The notes beneath the pieces were generated by a model, which did no database searches, was not told where the DNA came from, and saw nothing but the letters and a program-made list of their open reading frames with translations. From NCBI GenBank assembly GCA_963726255.1, contig CAVSBL010000002.1, forward strand, positions 960,001-1,024,000: a stretch of DNA of 64,000 nucleotides. Direction: 5' to 3'. Source of the DNA: Candidatus Bathyarchaeota archaeon (GTDB lineage Archaea > Thermoproteota > Bathyarchaeia > 40CM-2-53-6). Every line of letters starts with the position of its first letter. Positions within the stretch are counted from its first letter, which is position 1. Made by a program: the position numbers and the translations under genes. Shown piece by piece: positions 49,410 through 59,226 of this stretch.

Positions 49410-50630
49410 CTGTCCCCAGGAGAGGTCACTTACTCTTTCTTCCTCGCGGTCGGTTTTCTAGCTGTCGCTGCCGCACTCTACTCTCTAAGCCTGGGAGTAC
49501 AATTTGACCGCAAAGTCTCAAAAGCGCTTGCCAAACCTAAACACGGTTTTCGCCCTCAAGTCTGCTTAATCATGCCCTGTAAAGGAGACGAACCAGGCCT
49601 GGAGAGAAACCTAAAGGCTGCCTTACAGCAAACGTACGGAAACTACTACACTGCCGTTGTAACTGACTCAGTTGATGACCCCGCCTACGCCATCGCGAAA
49701 TCCATACTATCACACTACCCGGAAAGTGCCGCTCACCTTTACACCTCGTACACTACAATCCCTGCAAGTGGGAAAGTTGCAGCACTCCTAACCGCCCTGT
49801 CGCGAGAACGTGACAAAGCTGAAGTCTACGCCACGATCGACAGCGACGCATTAGTCTCATCCAAATGGCTTGAGGATCTGGTCGACAACCTCAAGGATGA
49901 ATCGGTGGGGGCAACGACAGGTTTTCGTTGGTACTTTCCTACGCGGGGCGGGTTCTGGTCGTATGTCGAAGCCGCTTGGAACGCCTCCGGAACAAATCTG
50001 CTCTTCAACGACCGATACAACTTCCCATGGGGTGGGGCAATGGCGGTGAGAGCGGAAACTCTGGACAAGATTGGAATTAGGGAACTGTGGTTAGGTGCGG
50101 TCAGCGATGATATGACACTCAATTCTGCGTTGAGGAGACACGGCTTCAAAATCCAGTTCCTCCCACATTGCACCGTCGCCACCTTTAATCAGACTGACCT
50201 ACGGCGTTTTCTGGGTTGGGCGACACGTCAGACAATAATAACGAGAATCTTCAACCTCAGGCTATGGAAGTACGCGGCCGCTGCATACGCATTCTTCGAC
50301 TTCGTATTCCTACTCGCCGTCCTCAGCCTCGTTTTGGGGTGGATGTTTGAGCGATTGTGGCTGGTTCCCTCGGCTCTGCTATTCGTGCCGTCCGTTTTCG
50401 GCGTATTACGAAGCGCCCAGCGCAATTCGACCTTCAGCCGTGCTATGCCTGAGTTCAAGCAAGAATTCGAGAAGACTCGATTCAAGGAAGCAATCGCAAG
50501 CCTTATTGTCCCTTGGATTATGACATACTGCATAATTAAGTCGGCTCGAACATGCGAAATCGAATGGCGAGGCCGAACCTACAAACTCACGGATATGAAC
50601 CCGCTTGCCTCACCGCGAAGCTTTCCTTAA
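49410..50630 (+). CDS. GT2/GT21 (HpnI/ceramide glucosyltransferase-like) membrane glycosyltransferase; probable CTG start
   Basis: N-terminal TM upstream of the first ATG; PCKG, DSD, WGGAMA, SDD, W..RQ, IEWRG. Confidence 0.85.
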   Translation: MSPGEVTYSFFLAVGFLAVAAALYSLSLGVQFDRKVSKALAKPKHGFRPQVCLIMPCKGDEPGLERNLKAALQQTYGNYYTAVVTDSVDDPAYAIAKSILSHYPESAAHLYTSYTTIPASGKVAALLTALSRERDKAEVYATIDSDALVSSKWLEDLVDNLKDESVGATTGFRWYFPTRGGFWSYVEAAWNASGTNLLFNDRYNFPWGGAMAVRAETLDKIGIRELWLGAVSDDMTLNSALRRHGFKIQFLPHCTVATFNQTDLRRFLGWATRQTIITRIFNLRLWKYAAAAYAFFDFVFLLAVLSLVLGWMFERLWLVPSALLFVPSVFGVLRSAQRNSTFSRAMPEFKQEFEKTRFKEAIASLIVPWIMTYCIIKSARTCEIEWRGRTYKLTDMNPLASPRSFP

Positions 50631-51780
50631 ACCGCTTCTCGTAAAACAACTAGACCTCGTCATCCTGTTCGTGACCTCAATCTGCAACGCCCGATGCCGA
50701 ACATGCTTCTACTGGCTCGAACTCAACCGCAAAGGCGACCTAACCTTTGACGAACTCACCAGACTTTCCTTAACCATGCCCGAATTCCACGACCTGTGGA
50801 TCTCGGGCGGAGAACCCTTTCTTAGAAAGGACCTTGCGAAAATCATCCAAGTATTCTACCAGAACAACCACATTCGGGACCTGCGCATTCCAACTAATGG
50901 ACTCCCGACCGTACAGACGATTCAGACCGTGAAAGAGATTCTTCAGACATGCCCGGAACTTCAAGTTGAGGTCGATATCTCGATAGATGGCTTGGGCGAG
51001 ACGCATGACAGGATTAGGGGAGTTCCAGGCAACTTCGAGAAAGCACTCACCACAATCAGCGAACTTCAAGCCCTGCGGGCCCAATGGCCTAACTTCACAC
51101 TCTACATCAATTCAGTCATAACGCAGGAAAATCAAGATGAAATTACAAGGATGGGAGAATTCTTCGAGAAGAACAATCAACTGGACGGACACTATTTCCA
51201 GATCATACGCGGAGACCCGAAGGATCCAACACTTCAAACAGTGAACCCGCAGCAGCTTAGCCATATCTATCAGGAAGTACTACCCATCAACTTCCGTTAC
51301 GTGTCTAAATCCTCTCGGAAGAAATCATTGCTGGAACTGTTAACGAGGGCGTACTGGAAGGCAGGATACGCCTTCAGCTATCAGACCCAATATAGGAACT
51401 ACGTTGAACACGCCAAATGGAAGATGCCTTGCACCGCAGGCCAGACTTCTATCGTTATCGACTACAATGGAGATGTGAGAGTCTGCGAACTTCGCAAACC
51501 CATCGGAAACCTGAGACGCTATGGGATGGATTTCCGCAGGTTCTGGGGTTCAGTTGAACGGAAACTCGAGGTTCGCCGAGTGGAGCTTGACCAATGTTTT
51601 TGCACACACATCTGTTTCATGTACGATTCAATGCGTCACAGCAAAAGAGTCATGCTCTGGGAGTTACCCGCGATATACCTGAGACAACTTCTAGGAAGCT
51701 TTCTCCGCAAACCTATCGCTCGCAAGGAACTGGCGCAACCCAGAACAAGTGTGCCTCTGACGGTCGTACCCAGCGACTAG
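50605..51780 (+). CDS. Radical SAM/SPASM protein
   Basis: CNARCRTC, SGGEPFLR, SIDG...HD.IRG, CTAG...G.V..CE, CFCTH.C. Confidence 0.9.
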   Translation: MPHREAFLKPLLVKQLDLVILFVTSICNARCRTCFYWLELNRKGDLTFDELTRLSLTMPEFHDLWISGGEPFLRKDLAKIIQVFYQNNHIRDLRIPTNGLPTVQTIQTVKEILQTCPELQVEVDISIDGLGETHDRIRGVPGNFEKALTTISELQALRAQWPNFTLYINSVITQENQDEITRMGEFFEKNNQLDGHYFQIIRGDPKDPTLQTVNPQQLSHIYQEVLPINFRYVSKSSRKKSLLELLTRAYWKAGYAFSYQTQYRNYVEHAKWKMPCTAGQTSIVIDYNGDVRVCELRKPIGNLRRYGMDFRRFWGSVERKLEVRRVELDQCFCTHICFMYDSMRHSKRVMLWELPAIYLRQLLGSFLRKPIARKELAQPRTSVPLTVVPSD

Positions 51781-51804
51781 GCAGGTTACGACGGCGTTCA
51801 CGTT

Positions 51805-52164
51805 TCAGCGGCGCGACTTCTTCGTCACTAAGTTACGTAATCTTGCGACTTTGCTCATGCTGAACTTTCTATCCGCCGTCACGAGTACGAACTTCTTTCC
51901 CGAACGAAATAGGAAAGCCATAATTTTCTCATGAACTAGAATTGAATATTCTGGTTTCCCGAAAAAATCTGCTAAATCCTCCGCTTTCTGAAAGGAGACC
52001 AACTTCGCGATTAAGTGAGGCGTCTTCTCAAGCGGCTCCATTGGCTGGACACCTTCACGCATACCCCCTTCCAGTATATGCCCGTGTCCGTCTACAATGG
52101 CAGCGAATCGGACCTGTTTGTCAAAGCGCATTATTCGATCATAAAGTCTGGGCAACTCTATCAA
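51805..52164 (-). CDS. DUF6659/roadblock-like protein
   Basis: VRFAAIVD..G.ILEGGMREG pattern common in TACK archaea. Confidence 0.6.
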   Translation of the reverse strand: MIELPRLYDRIMRFDKQVRFAAIVDGHGHILEGGMREGVQPMEPLEKTPHLIAKLVSFQKAEDLADFFGKPEYSILVHEKIMAFLFRSGKKFVLVTADRKFSMSKVARLRNLVTKKSRR

Positions 52165-52332
52165 CCGCCTTCACATTTCGGTTCTTCACAAAAAGACCTT
52201 CCGATTTCTTGGAACGAGTGAAGCGAATATTACACTTAGCGCCACTAAATCATCCTAGGAGACAACCTGCCGAGTCGTTGTAATGGATTCGGTAGTCTTT
52301 ATTTCTCTGGGTTCTGCATTCACCGCCGCTCT

Positions 52333-52426
52333 GGGCCGGTCGTCTAGCCTGGTTAGGATATCTGCCTGACAAACCAAACGTCCAGAACGCAGATGGTCGC
52401 CGGTTCAAGTCCGGCCCGGCCCACCA
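52333..52426 (+). tRNA. tRNA-Val(GAC) with 16-nt canonical 37/38 intron (52372-52387), CCA encoded
   Basis: GGGCCGG/CCGGCCC acceptor, TCTGC/GCAGA anticodon stem, GCCGG-TTCAAGT-CCGGC T arm. Confidence 0.93.
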
Positions 52427-52489
52427 TGATATTTTAGAGGATGAACGGGGCTCGCTGAATAGCCATAACACCGGTTGCTTTTCATTGTT

Positions 52490-55167
52490 TCATATGTTCT
52501 CGGTTGTGGGCGCCATTTTCTCTCGCGCGACGGCCTGCGCTGCGACCAGGCGGGCCACTGGAACTCGGTAGGGTGAACAACTGACGTAGTCTAGGCCTAG
52601 TTCGTGACAGAACTCAACCGAACTTGGTTCGCCACCATGTTCACCGCATATCCCCACTTTGAGCTGTGGGTTGCTTTTCTTTCCCGCCTCGACAGCTAGC
52701 CGCATTAACTTACCAACGCCTCTCCTGTCAAGGACTTCAAACGGGTTGGAGTTCAGGATCTTCTTGTCGAAATAATCTTTGAAGAATTTTGCTTCAGCAT
52801 CGTCCCTGCTGAATGCAAAAGTTGCTTGGGTGAGGTCGTTTGTTCCAAAGGAGAAGAAATCAGCATAATGTGCGATCTCGTCCGCAGTTAAGGCGGCCCG
52901 AGGAACCTCTATCATCGTGCCGACCTTGAACTCTATTCTCAACCCCATTTTTTCCATGACTTTTGCGGCCACTGAGGTTATTTTTTGCGCAGGAAGCGAA
53001 TTTCGTTGGCTTCCCCTACAAGGGGGAGCATTATTTCTACTCGAACTCTGACGCCTTCGTTTTGCAGTTCGGTCGCGGCCTCAAAGATTGCGCGGGTTTG
53101 CATCTCATATATCTCAGGGTGGCTTATTGCCAGCCTACACCCTCTATGGCCGAGCATTGGGTTGTGTTCGGCCAGGGTTATCACTTTCCTGAGCATCCGT
53201 TCTTTCGATTCAAGCAAGTCCGCGCCACTGCCTGTCGCTTTCAAGGAAGCAACTTCAGCCGTCAATTCATCATACCTAGGTAGGAACTCATGGAGCGGCA
53301 GGTCCAGTAATCGAATGGTGACGGGCAGGTCCTGCATGTTACGGAAGATTTCTTTGAGGTCCTCCTTCTGCAACGGCCGCAGCTTCTCCAACGCTTGACC
53401 GCGCTCCTCGTCCGTTACGGACAGGATCATTTCTTGAACTATGGGAAGCCGGTCTTGAGCGTTGAACATCCGTTCAGTTCTACAAAGTCCGATTCCACCC
53501 GCGCCAAATTCCCTCGCTACCTTGGCCCCTTCGGGTGTGTCAGCGTTAGCTCGAACGCCGAGCCTACGAGCTTCATCAGCCCAGCCCAGCAATTGTTTTG
53601 CTTCAGCGCCCAACTTCGGATCAATTGTTGGAACAACACCCAGCAGCACATTTCCAGTGGTTCCGTCGATCGTGATAACGTCATTCTTCTTTACTGTAAC
53701 CTTGCGTGTGCTCATAGTATCGGTGCTAGGATCGATTTTGATCTGTTCGCAGCCAACGACGGCTGGTTTTCCCATCCCTCGGGCTACAACTGCCGCATGG
53801 GACGTCATACCTCCCCTGCTCGTGAGGACCCCCTTGGCAGCGATCATCCCGTGAATGTCCTCGGGGGTGGTCTCCTCTCTAACGAGGATAATTGCTTCTC
53901 CCGTCGACCCTAAAGAATGAGCTTCATCGGTATCGAAAATCACCCTCCCAGTCGCGGCGCCGGGTGACGCCGGTAGGCCGGTCGCTATCGGTTTAGCATT
54001 GAAGCTTGGATCAATCTGCTTGTGCACTAGCTGTTCTAGATGCGCGGGAAGAACTCGTAGCAATGCCTGCTCCTTCGAGAGAAAACCTTCCTCGACCATG
54101 TCGACTGCAATTCGGATGGCGGCTGAAGCAGTTCGCTTCCCCGACCGCGTTTGAAGGATGAACAGCTTTCCTTTTTCGACGGTAAATTCGATGTCTTGCA
54201 TGTCCTTGAAATGTTGTTCAAGCATCTTGCACATATCGAGCAACTGAGTGTAAACGAGGGGCATCTCGTCCTTTAGTTGAGCAATCGGTTTAGGCGTCCT
54301 GATTCCGGCTACGACATCTTCGCCCTGGGCGTTGATGAGGAACTCTCCGAACAGACGCGGTTCGCCAGTCGAAGGATTTCTTGTGAAACAGACGCCGGTG
54401 CCCGAATCCGGGCCCATGTTCCCGAACACCATCGTCTGAATGTTAACAGCCGTGCCCAGCGTTTCAGGAATCTTGTTCGCCTCACGATACACCACGGCCC
54501 TATGCCCGTTCCACGAACGGAAGACTGCCGCTACAGCCATCTGAAGTTGAGTTGCCGGATCGTCGGGGAAGTCCTGCCCCGTTTCCTTTCTGCTAAGACT
54601 CTTGAACTCTTGAACAAGAGACGCCAATGCCGTCGCATCGAGTTCAATGTCCGAACTCACGCCCAACTTCTCTTTGCGTTCGCGAATGATTGACTCGAAA
54701 GCATCTCCCCCAACACCAAGCACAACTTTCCCGAACATCTGAACGAAGCGTCTGTAGGCGTCGTACGCAAACCGTTCGTTATTCGTCTGCTGAATGAGAC
54801 CGATGACGGTCTTATCGTTCAACCCAAGGTTGAGCACCGTATCCATCATTCCGGGCATCGAGATTGGTGCACCGGACCGAACTGAAACCAGCAGCGGATT
54901 TGTAGCGTCCCCGAAGATTCGGCGCGTTTTCAATTCTAAGGTCTTCAGTTTCAGGCGGATTTCGTCTTCAAGGCCATCCGGGAACTTTGACCCATGTGAA
55001 CTATAGTAGTTGCAAGCCGCTGTTGTCACCGTTATGCCAGGAGGAATTGGCAGGCCGAGACCTGCCATCTCTGCAAGGTCTGCCCCTTTGCCTCCGAGCA
55101 GGCTCCGGAGCTTGGAACTCCCCTCCTCGAATAGGTAGACGTACAAACCGCTTCTCCCCACAAACAA
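52490..55167 (-). CDS. ppdK: Pyruvate phosphate dikinase, split by a 1-bp deletion in an A run near 52981-52986
   Basis: [57 protein letters not shown]; one extra A restores [14 protein letters not shown]. Confidence 0.93.
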
Positions 55168-55350
55168 CTACCCGAAATGCAGCAGACTTACTGAAGAACT
55201 AGGATACGAAGGAATTGTGGTAATCTGGCTCGATTTGGACGCCACCTGTCAAAGTAAGTTGGCGTATTTACCGTACGTAGATATTACTTATTCCGAAGGT
55301 TTCCGCCGAGAAGTACTACCTTCCCAAGATATCAGGAGTGGAAATGTAAG

Positions 55351-57708
55351 ATGAGTGCCCTTCTACTTTGGTTCGACGAAATCAGTAAGCAAGATGTACC
55401 GCTCGTAGGCGGAAAGTCTGCAAGCCTGGGCGAAATGACATCAAAGACGAAAGTTCCAGTTCCGTATGGCTTCGCACTTACAGCCGATGCGTACAGGTTG
55501 TTCCTCGCAAAGAACGGGCTAGAATGTAAGATCGCAGATGCCCTGAAGGTCTTGACGGATTCAAACGACACGGTCACGCTCCAAAAGGTTGGTGCGGAAA
55601 TACGGAAAATGATTGAATCCGCGGTAATGCCGAAGGAACTCGAGCGAGTCATAGCAGATGGGTATGCGAAACTCAGTGAACGAGAGAAAGTCAAGAACCC
55701 GTTCGTCGCAATACGGAGTTCTGCGACTGCAGAAGACCTACCCGACGCAAGCTTCGCAGGTCAACAAGAAACATACCTCAACGTCACCGGAGTAAACAAC
55801 GTAATCCAGAGCGTAAAGGAGTGCTATGCGAGTCTTTTCACAGACCGCGCGATATTCTACAGAATCCAGAAAGGCTTCAACCATGTCGACGTAGCACTTT
55901 CCGCAATTGTGCAAATGATGTGCTATTCCGAGTCCAGCGGCGTTATCTTCACCATGGACCCAACAAACGGCGACGAGTCCCTGGTACTAATTGAGGCATC
56001 TTACGGATTAGGAGAGTACGTTGTGAAGGGCACCGTCACGCCCGACGACTATTATGTCGACAAGGCGAGCATGAAAATCATTCGAAAAGAGATACCCATG
56101 AAGACGATCATGCTTGTCCAGATCAAAGCCGGAGGAACTGAAGAGAAGAGAGTACCCAACGACCTCAAGGAGCGACAGGTAATCACTGACGATCAAGTAG
56201 TTGAACTGGCCAAGCATGCTATGACCATTGAACGACACTATGGCCATGCCATGGATATTGAATGGGGACTTGACACCCAGACCGGGAAACTCTTGATATT
56301 GCAAGCTAGACCTGAAACCGTTTGGTCCCTTAAGAAGAGCCCAATAAAGAAACCAACTCCTCTAGCCGGAGAGAAGAAGATCATTCTCAAAGGGCTGCCA
56401 TCATCTCCCGGCCTCGGATCGGGCAGAGCGCACGTAATCATGACATCGGACCACGTTAGCGAGTTTCAAAACGGCGAAGTCCTCATAACCGAAATGACTA
56501 CACCCGACTGGGTGCCGACAATGAAGAAAGCAAAAGCAATCGTCACAGACGCCGGTGGCATGACATGCCACGCCGCCATCGTCAGCCGCGAATTAGGAAT
56601 CCCATGCATAACAGGGACGAAAATCGGAACTACCACCATACACACAGGAGAAGAAGTTACAGTTGACGCAAAGATGGGCTTCGTCTACCAAGGAATAGTC
56701 CTAGAGATGCCTGAATCCGACACCAAACCTCAACCATCTGCAGATGGGTTGGCGGCTTTCAAGGATCCTACCGTAACTGGGACGAAGATCTTCGTCAACC
56801 TTGGCGAACCCGAGTTAGCCCACAGAATCTCACAGCTGCCAGTAGACGGCGTGGGCCTGCTACGGATGGAATTCATTGTAAGCGATCACGTAAAGAAACA
56901 TCCGATGATGCTTATCGAGCAGGGACACCCTGAAGAATTCGTGGACAAGCTATCCACAGGCCTTGAAACAATATGCAGAGCATTCTATCCGAGGCCGGTT
57001 GTTCTTCGCTTCAGCGACTTCAAAACGAACGAGTATGCAACACTCGAGGGTGGAGAAAAATACGAAGGCGGCATCAAAGAGGCGAACCCGCTTATCGGAT
57101 GGAGAGGGGCAAGCCGCTACACCGACCCGCGTTACCAACCAGCATTCAAACTCGAAATTGCAGCCATCAAGAAAGTCAGAAACGAATTGGGCATGCGAAA
57201 CCTTTGGTGCATGATCCCGTTCAACCGAACCGTAGACGAGTTTGTGAAAATCCGCGAGCTTCTCCGAAGCGAAGGGTTAGAACAATCGGAGGATTTCAAG
57301 CTCTGGATCATGGCCGAAATCCCCAGCAACATAATATTGGCAGATGAATTCTGCAAAGCTGGTGCGGACGGTTTCTCAATCGGTAGCAATGACCTGACGA
57401 TGCTAATACTAGGCGCGGACAGAGACAATGAGGTTTTGGCGCCACTCTTCGACGAAAGGAACCTTGCGGTCAAACGAGCAATCAAGGACCTTATCGACAC
57501 GGCCCACAGTTTCGGTAAGACCGTAAGTATCTGCGGCCAAGCGCCAAGTGTCTATCCTGAATTCGCGAAGTTTCTGGTTGAATCGGGTATAGATAGCATT
57601 TCAGTGAACCCGGATGTCATAGTCCACACGCGGAGACTGGTCGCACAAGTTGAACAGAGAGTCGTTCTAGACGCGGCGCGAAAACAATGTGCTGAAAAGA
57701 ACCGTTAG
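55351..57708 (+). CDS. ppsA: Phosphoenolpyruvate synthase
   Basis: VGGKSASLGEM, RSSATAEDLPDASFAGQQET, QARPET, GGMTCHAAIVSRELG, SIGSNDL, CGQAPS. Confidence 0.97.
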   Translation: MSALLLWFDEISKQDVPLVGGKSASLGEMTSKTKVPVPYGFALTADAYRLFLAKNGLECKIADALKVLTDSNDTVTLQKVGAEIRKMIESAVMPKELERVIADGYAKLSEREKVKNPFVAIRSSATAEDLPDASFAGQQETYLNVTGVNNVIQSVKECYASLFTDRAIFYRIQKGFNHVDVALSAIVQMMCYSESSGVIFTMDPTNGDESLVLIEASYGLGEYVVKGTVTPDDYYVDKASMKIIRKEIPMKTIMLVQIKAGGTEEKRVPNDLKERQVITDDQVVELAKHAMTIERHYGHAMDIEWGLDTQTGKLLILQARPETVWSLKKSPIKKPTPLAGEKKIILKGLPSSPGLGSGRAHVIMTSDHVSEFQNGEVLITEMTTPDWVPTMKKAKAIVTDAGGMTCHAAIVSRELGIPCITGTKIGTTTIHTGEEVTVDAKMGFVYQGIVLEMPESDTKPQPSADGLAAFKDPTVTGTKIFVNLGEPELAHRISQLPVDGVGLLRMEFIVSDHVKKHPMMLIEQGHPEEFVDKLSTGLETICRAFYPRPVVLRFSDFKTNEYATLEGGEKYEGGIKEANPLIGWRGASRYTDPRYQPAFKLEIAAIKKVRNELGMRNLWCMIPFNRTVDEFVKIRELLRSEGLEQSEDFKLWIMAEIPSNIILADEFCKAGADGFSIGSNDLTMLILGADRDNEVLAPLFDERNLAVKRAIKDLIDTAHSFGKTVSICGQAPSVYPEFAKFLVESGIDSISVNPDVIVHTRRLVAQVEQRVVLDAARKQCAEKNR

Positions 57709-57754
57709 CGCGTCAACCATCCCAAGAGGACTGGGGCTCTCACGGGCCTCTAGG

Positions 57755-57907
57755 TTAACTGTGATCCCACCACAGGTTGTGGCATCTAGCACACACGACC
57801 TGCGTGAACTCTTCAAACGCAGGCAAATACTCAGTCCGTATCTCCGAAGTGTTTCTCTGCCTCAGTGTTATTTGTCGACTCCCGCAAGCGGGACAAGCAC
57901 ACATCAT
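57755..57907 (-). CDS. Zn-ribbon microprotein A (50 aa)
   Basis: CPACGSR...CARCHNLWWDHS; paralog at 58133. Confidence 0.7.
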   Translation of the reverse strand: MMCACPACGSRQITLRQRNTSEIRTEYLPAFEEFTQVVCARCHNLWWDHS

Positions 57908-57934
57908 GTTTATGGCCGTTAGCGCTAGAATAAC

Positions 57935-57964
57935 GTAATACAATTAAAGGATTTCTGGTAATAC
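57935..57964. promoter_or_regulatory. GTAATAC-N16-GTAATAC operator candidate flanking a TATA-like element
   Basis: gtaatac-aattaaaggatttctg-gtaatac. Confidence 0.6.
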
Positions 57965-58132
57965 TTCTGCGCTGAAGAATCACTGGAGCAGTATGATAGG
58001 GACAGCCTTAGCTGAGTGAATGAAGGTAGAGAATGTTTCTGTCGCCTTCTGAAGAGGCGCATCCCTCTGACAGGCCGCGTACTCTCTCAAAATTGCAGCA
58101 TTCTTCGTCCTTGTAATCATATGAGAAATTTG

Positions 58133-58273
58133 CTACGGAGTTGTATATGGGTAGCTTTGGTCCCACCAAATGTTTACGCAGTTTGCGCATTTGATCTGGA
58201 CAGCCTCGCGAGCGTTGATGAACTCCATATCCCTACTTCCGCAAGCAGGGCAAGTGTCTGCCAACACTTCCAC
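58133..58273 (-). CDS. Zn-ribbon microprotein B (46 aa, absent from the ORF track)
   Basis: GTG start: MEVLADTCPACGSRDMEFINAREAVQIKCANCVNIWWDQSYPYTTP. Confidence 0.7.
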   Translation of the reverse strand: MEVLADTCPACGSRDMEFINAREAVQIKCANCVNIWWDQSYPYTTP

Positions 58274-58290
58274 AAACCTGAACGTGGACC

Positions 58291-58320
58291 GTAATACAAT
58301 TAAGGGATATGGTGTATTAC
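58291..58320. promoter_or_regulatory. GTAATAC-N16-GTATTAC operator candidate in a divergent promoter
   Basis: gtaatac-aattaagggatatggt-gtattac, ending 10 nt before ATG 58331. Confidence 0.65.
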
Positions 58321-58330
58321 TGACGTAGCC

Positions 58331-59209
58331 ATGAAGCGCCGTTATAGTATGACCTTGGACCCGTCCTTAATGCATAAGGTAGACTTGTTAGTCGATGGGA
58401 CGAGGTTCACCAACCGGTCGGAAACGGCTGAATTTCTCATGAAACTCGGGATAGAACAATTCCGACCCGAAAGAACGGCGTTGATCCTATGCGGCGGCCT
58501 TGAAACCAGAGTGAGGCCATTGTCCTTCTCTACACCCAAAGCTCTTCTACCGATAGGGTACCAAGCCTTGGTCGAGTACCAAATTGAATACCTGAAGCAC
58601 TACGAATTTGATAGAATAGTTCTGGCGATAGGCTACCTACAGGAACAGATCGTCCGCTACTTGGACGAACACCGCCTCGGAATACGCCTTCGCTTCAGCT
58701 TCGAGAAAGAACCCCTCGACACGGGAGGCGCCATAAAGAACGCTGAACAGATGATAAGCTCCGATTTCCTAACACTAAACGGCGACGTGATCTTTTCAGG
58801 ACTTGACCTTGACAAATTGATTTCCGCCCACAAGAAAGCCAACGCATTAGCCACCGTCGCATTGGCGAAGTCCAGGACGCCGACGAGGTTCGGGGCCGTG
58901 GAGCTCGATAGCGACAACAGAGTCGTTAGCTTCGTTGAGAAGCCACGAAAACAAACTGCCGGCGAGACGTGGGTAAACGCAGGCGTCTACGTAATTCGCC
59001 CTTCCATCTTCGCCAAGATCCCAAAGGGAAGACGGACTTCGCTCGAGTTGGATGTCTTCCCCAAGTTAATGCGGGAAGGAACAATCTTCGGATACAGACA
59101 TGAAGGATACTGGGCGGATGTTGGAACACCCGAGGACTACCTACGGGTTCAAAAAGACCTTCTCACTGGAGTCCTAAAGCCAATCACAGAAATGCCCGAG
59201 AATGCTTGA
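58331..59209 (+). CDS. Ribbon-helix-helix domain fused to a sugar-phosphate nucleotidyltransferase domain
   Basis: MKRRYSMTLD..L..KVD.LV....F.NRSE..E.L (RHH), then LILCGGLETRVRPL...PK.LLPI, EPLDTGGA, NGD, F.EKP, NAG.Y, YW.DVGTP. Confidence 0.88.
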   Translation: MKRRYSMTLDPSLMHKVDLLVDGTRFTNRSETAEFLMKLGIEQFRPERTALILCGGLETRVRPLSFSTPKALLPIGYQALVEYQIEYLKHYEFDRIVLAIGYLQEQIVRYLDEHRLGIRLRFSFEKEPLDTGGAIKNAEQMISSDFLTLNGDVIFSGLDLDKLISAHKKANALATVALAKSRTPTRFGAVELDSDNRVVSFVEKPRKQTAGETWVNAGVYVIRPSIFAKIPKGRRTSLELDVFPKLMREGTIFGYRHEGYWADVGTPEDYLRVQKDLLTGVLKPITEMPENA

Positions 59210-59226
59210 CTTTGGATGGCTACGGG

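Noticed and set aside
52427-52460. GATGA...CTGA after tRNA-Val as a C/D sRNA
   Set aside because: Only one box pair 10 nt apart, with no second guide or terminal stem.
52250-52471. 73-aa ORF on the minus strand
   Set aside because: Antisense to tRNA-Val; WWAGPDLNRRP is a typical tRNA shadow translation.
52490-52972. Separate PEP-utilising C-terminal gene
   Set aside because: It is the ppdK C-terminus after a 1-bp deletion.
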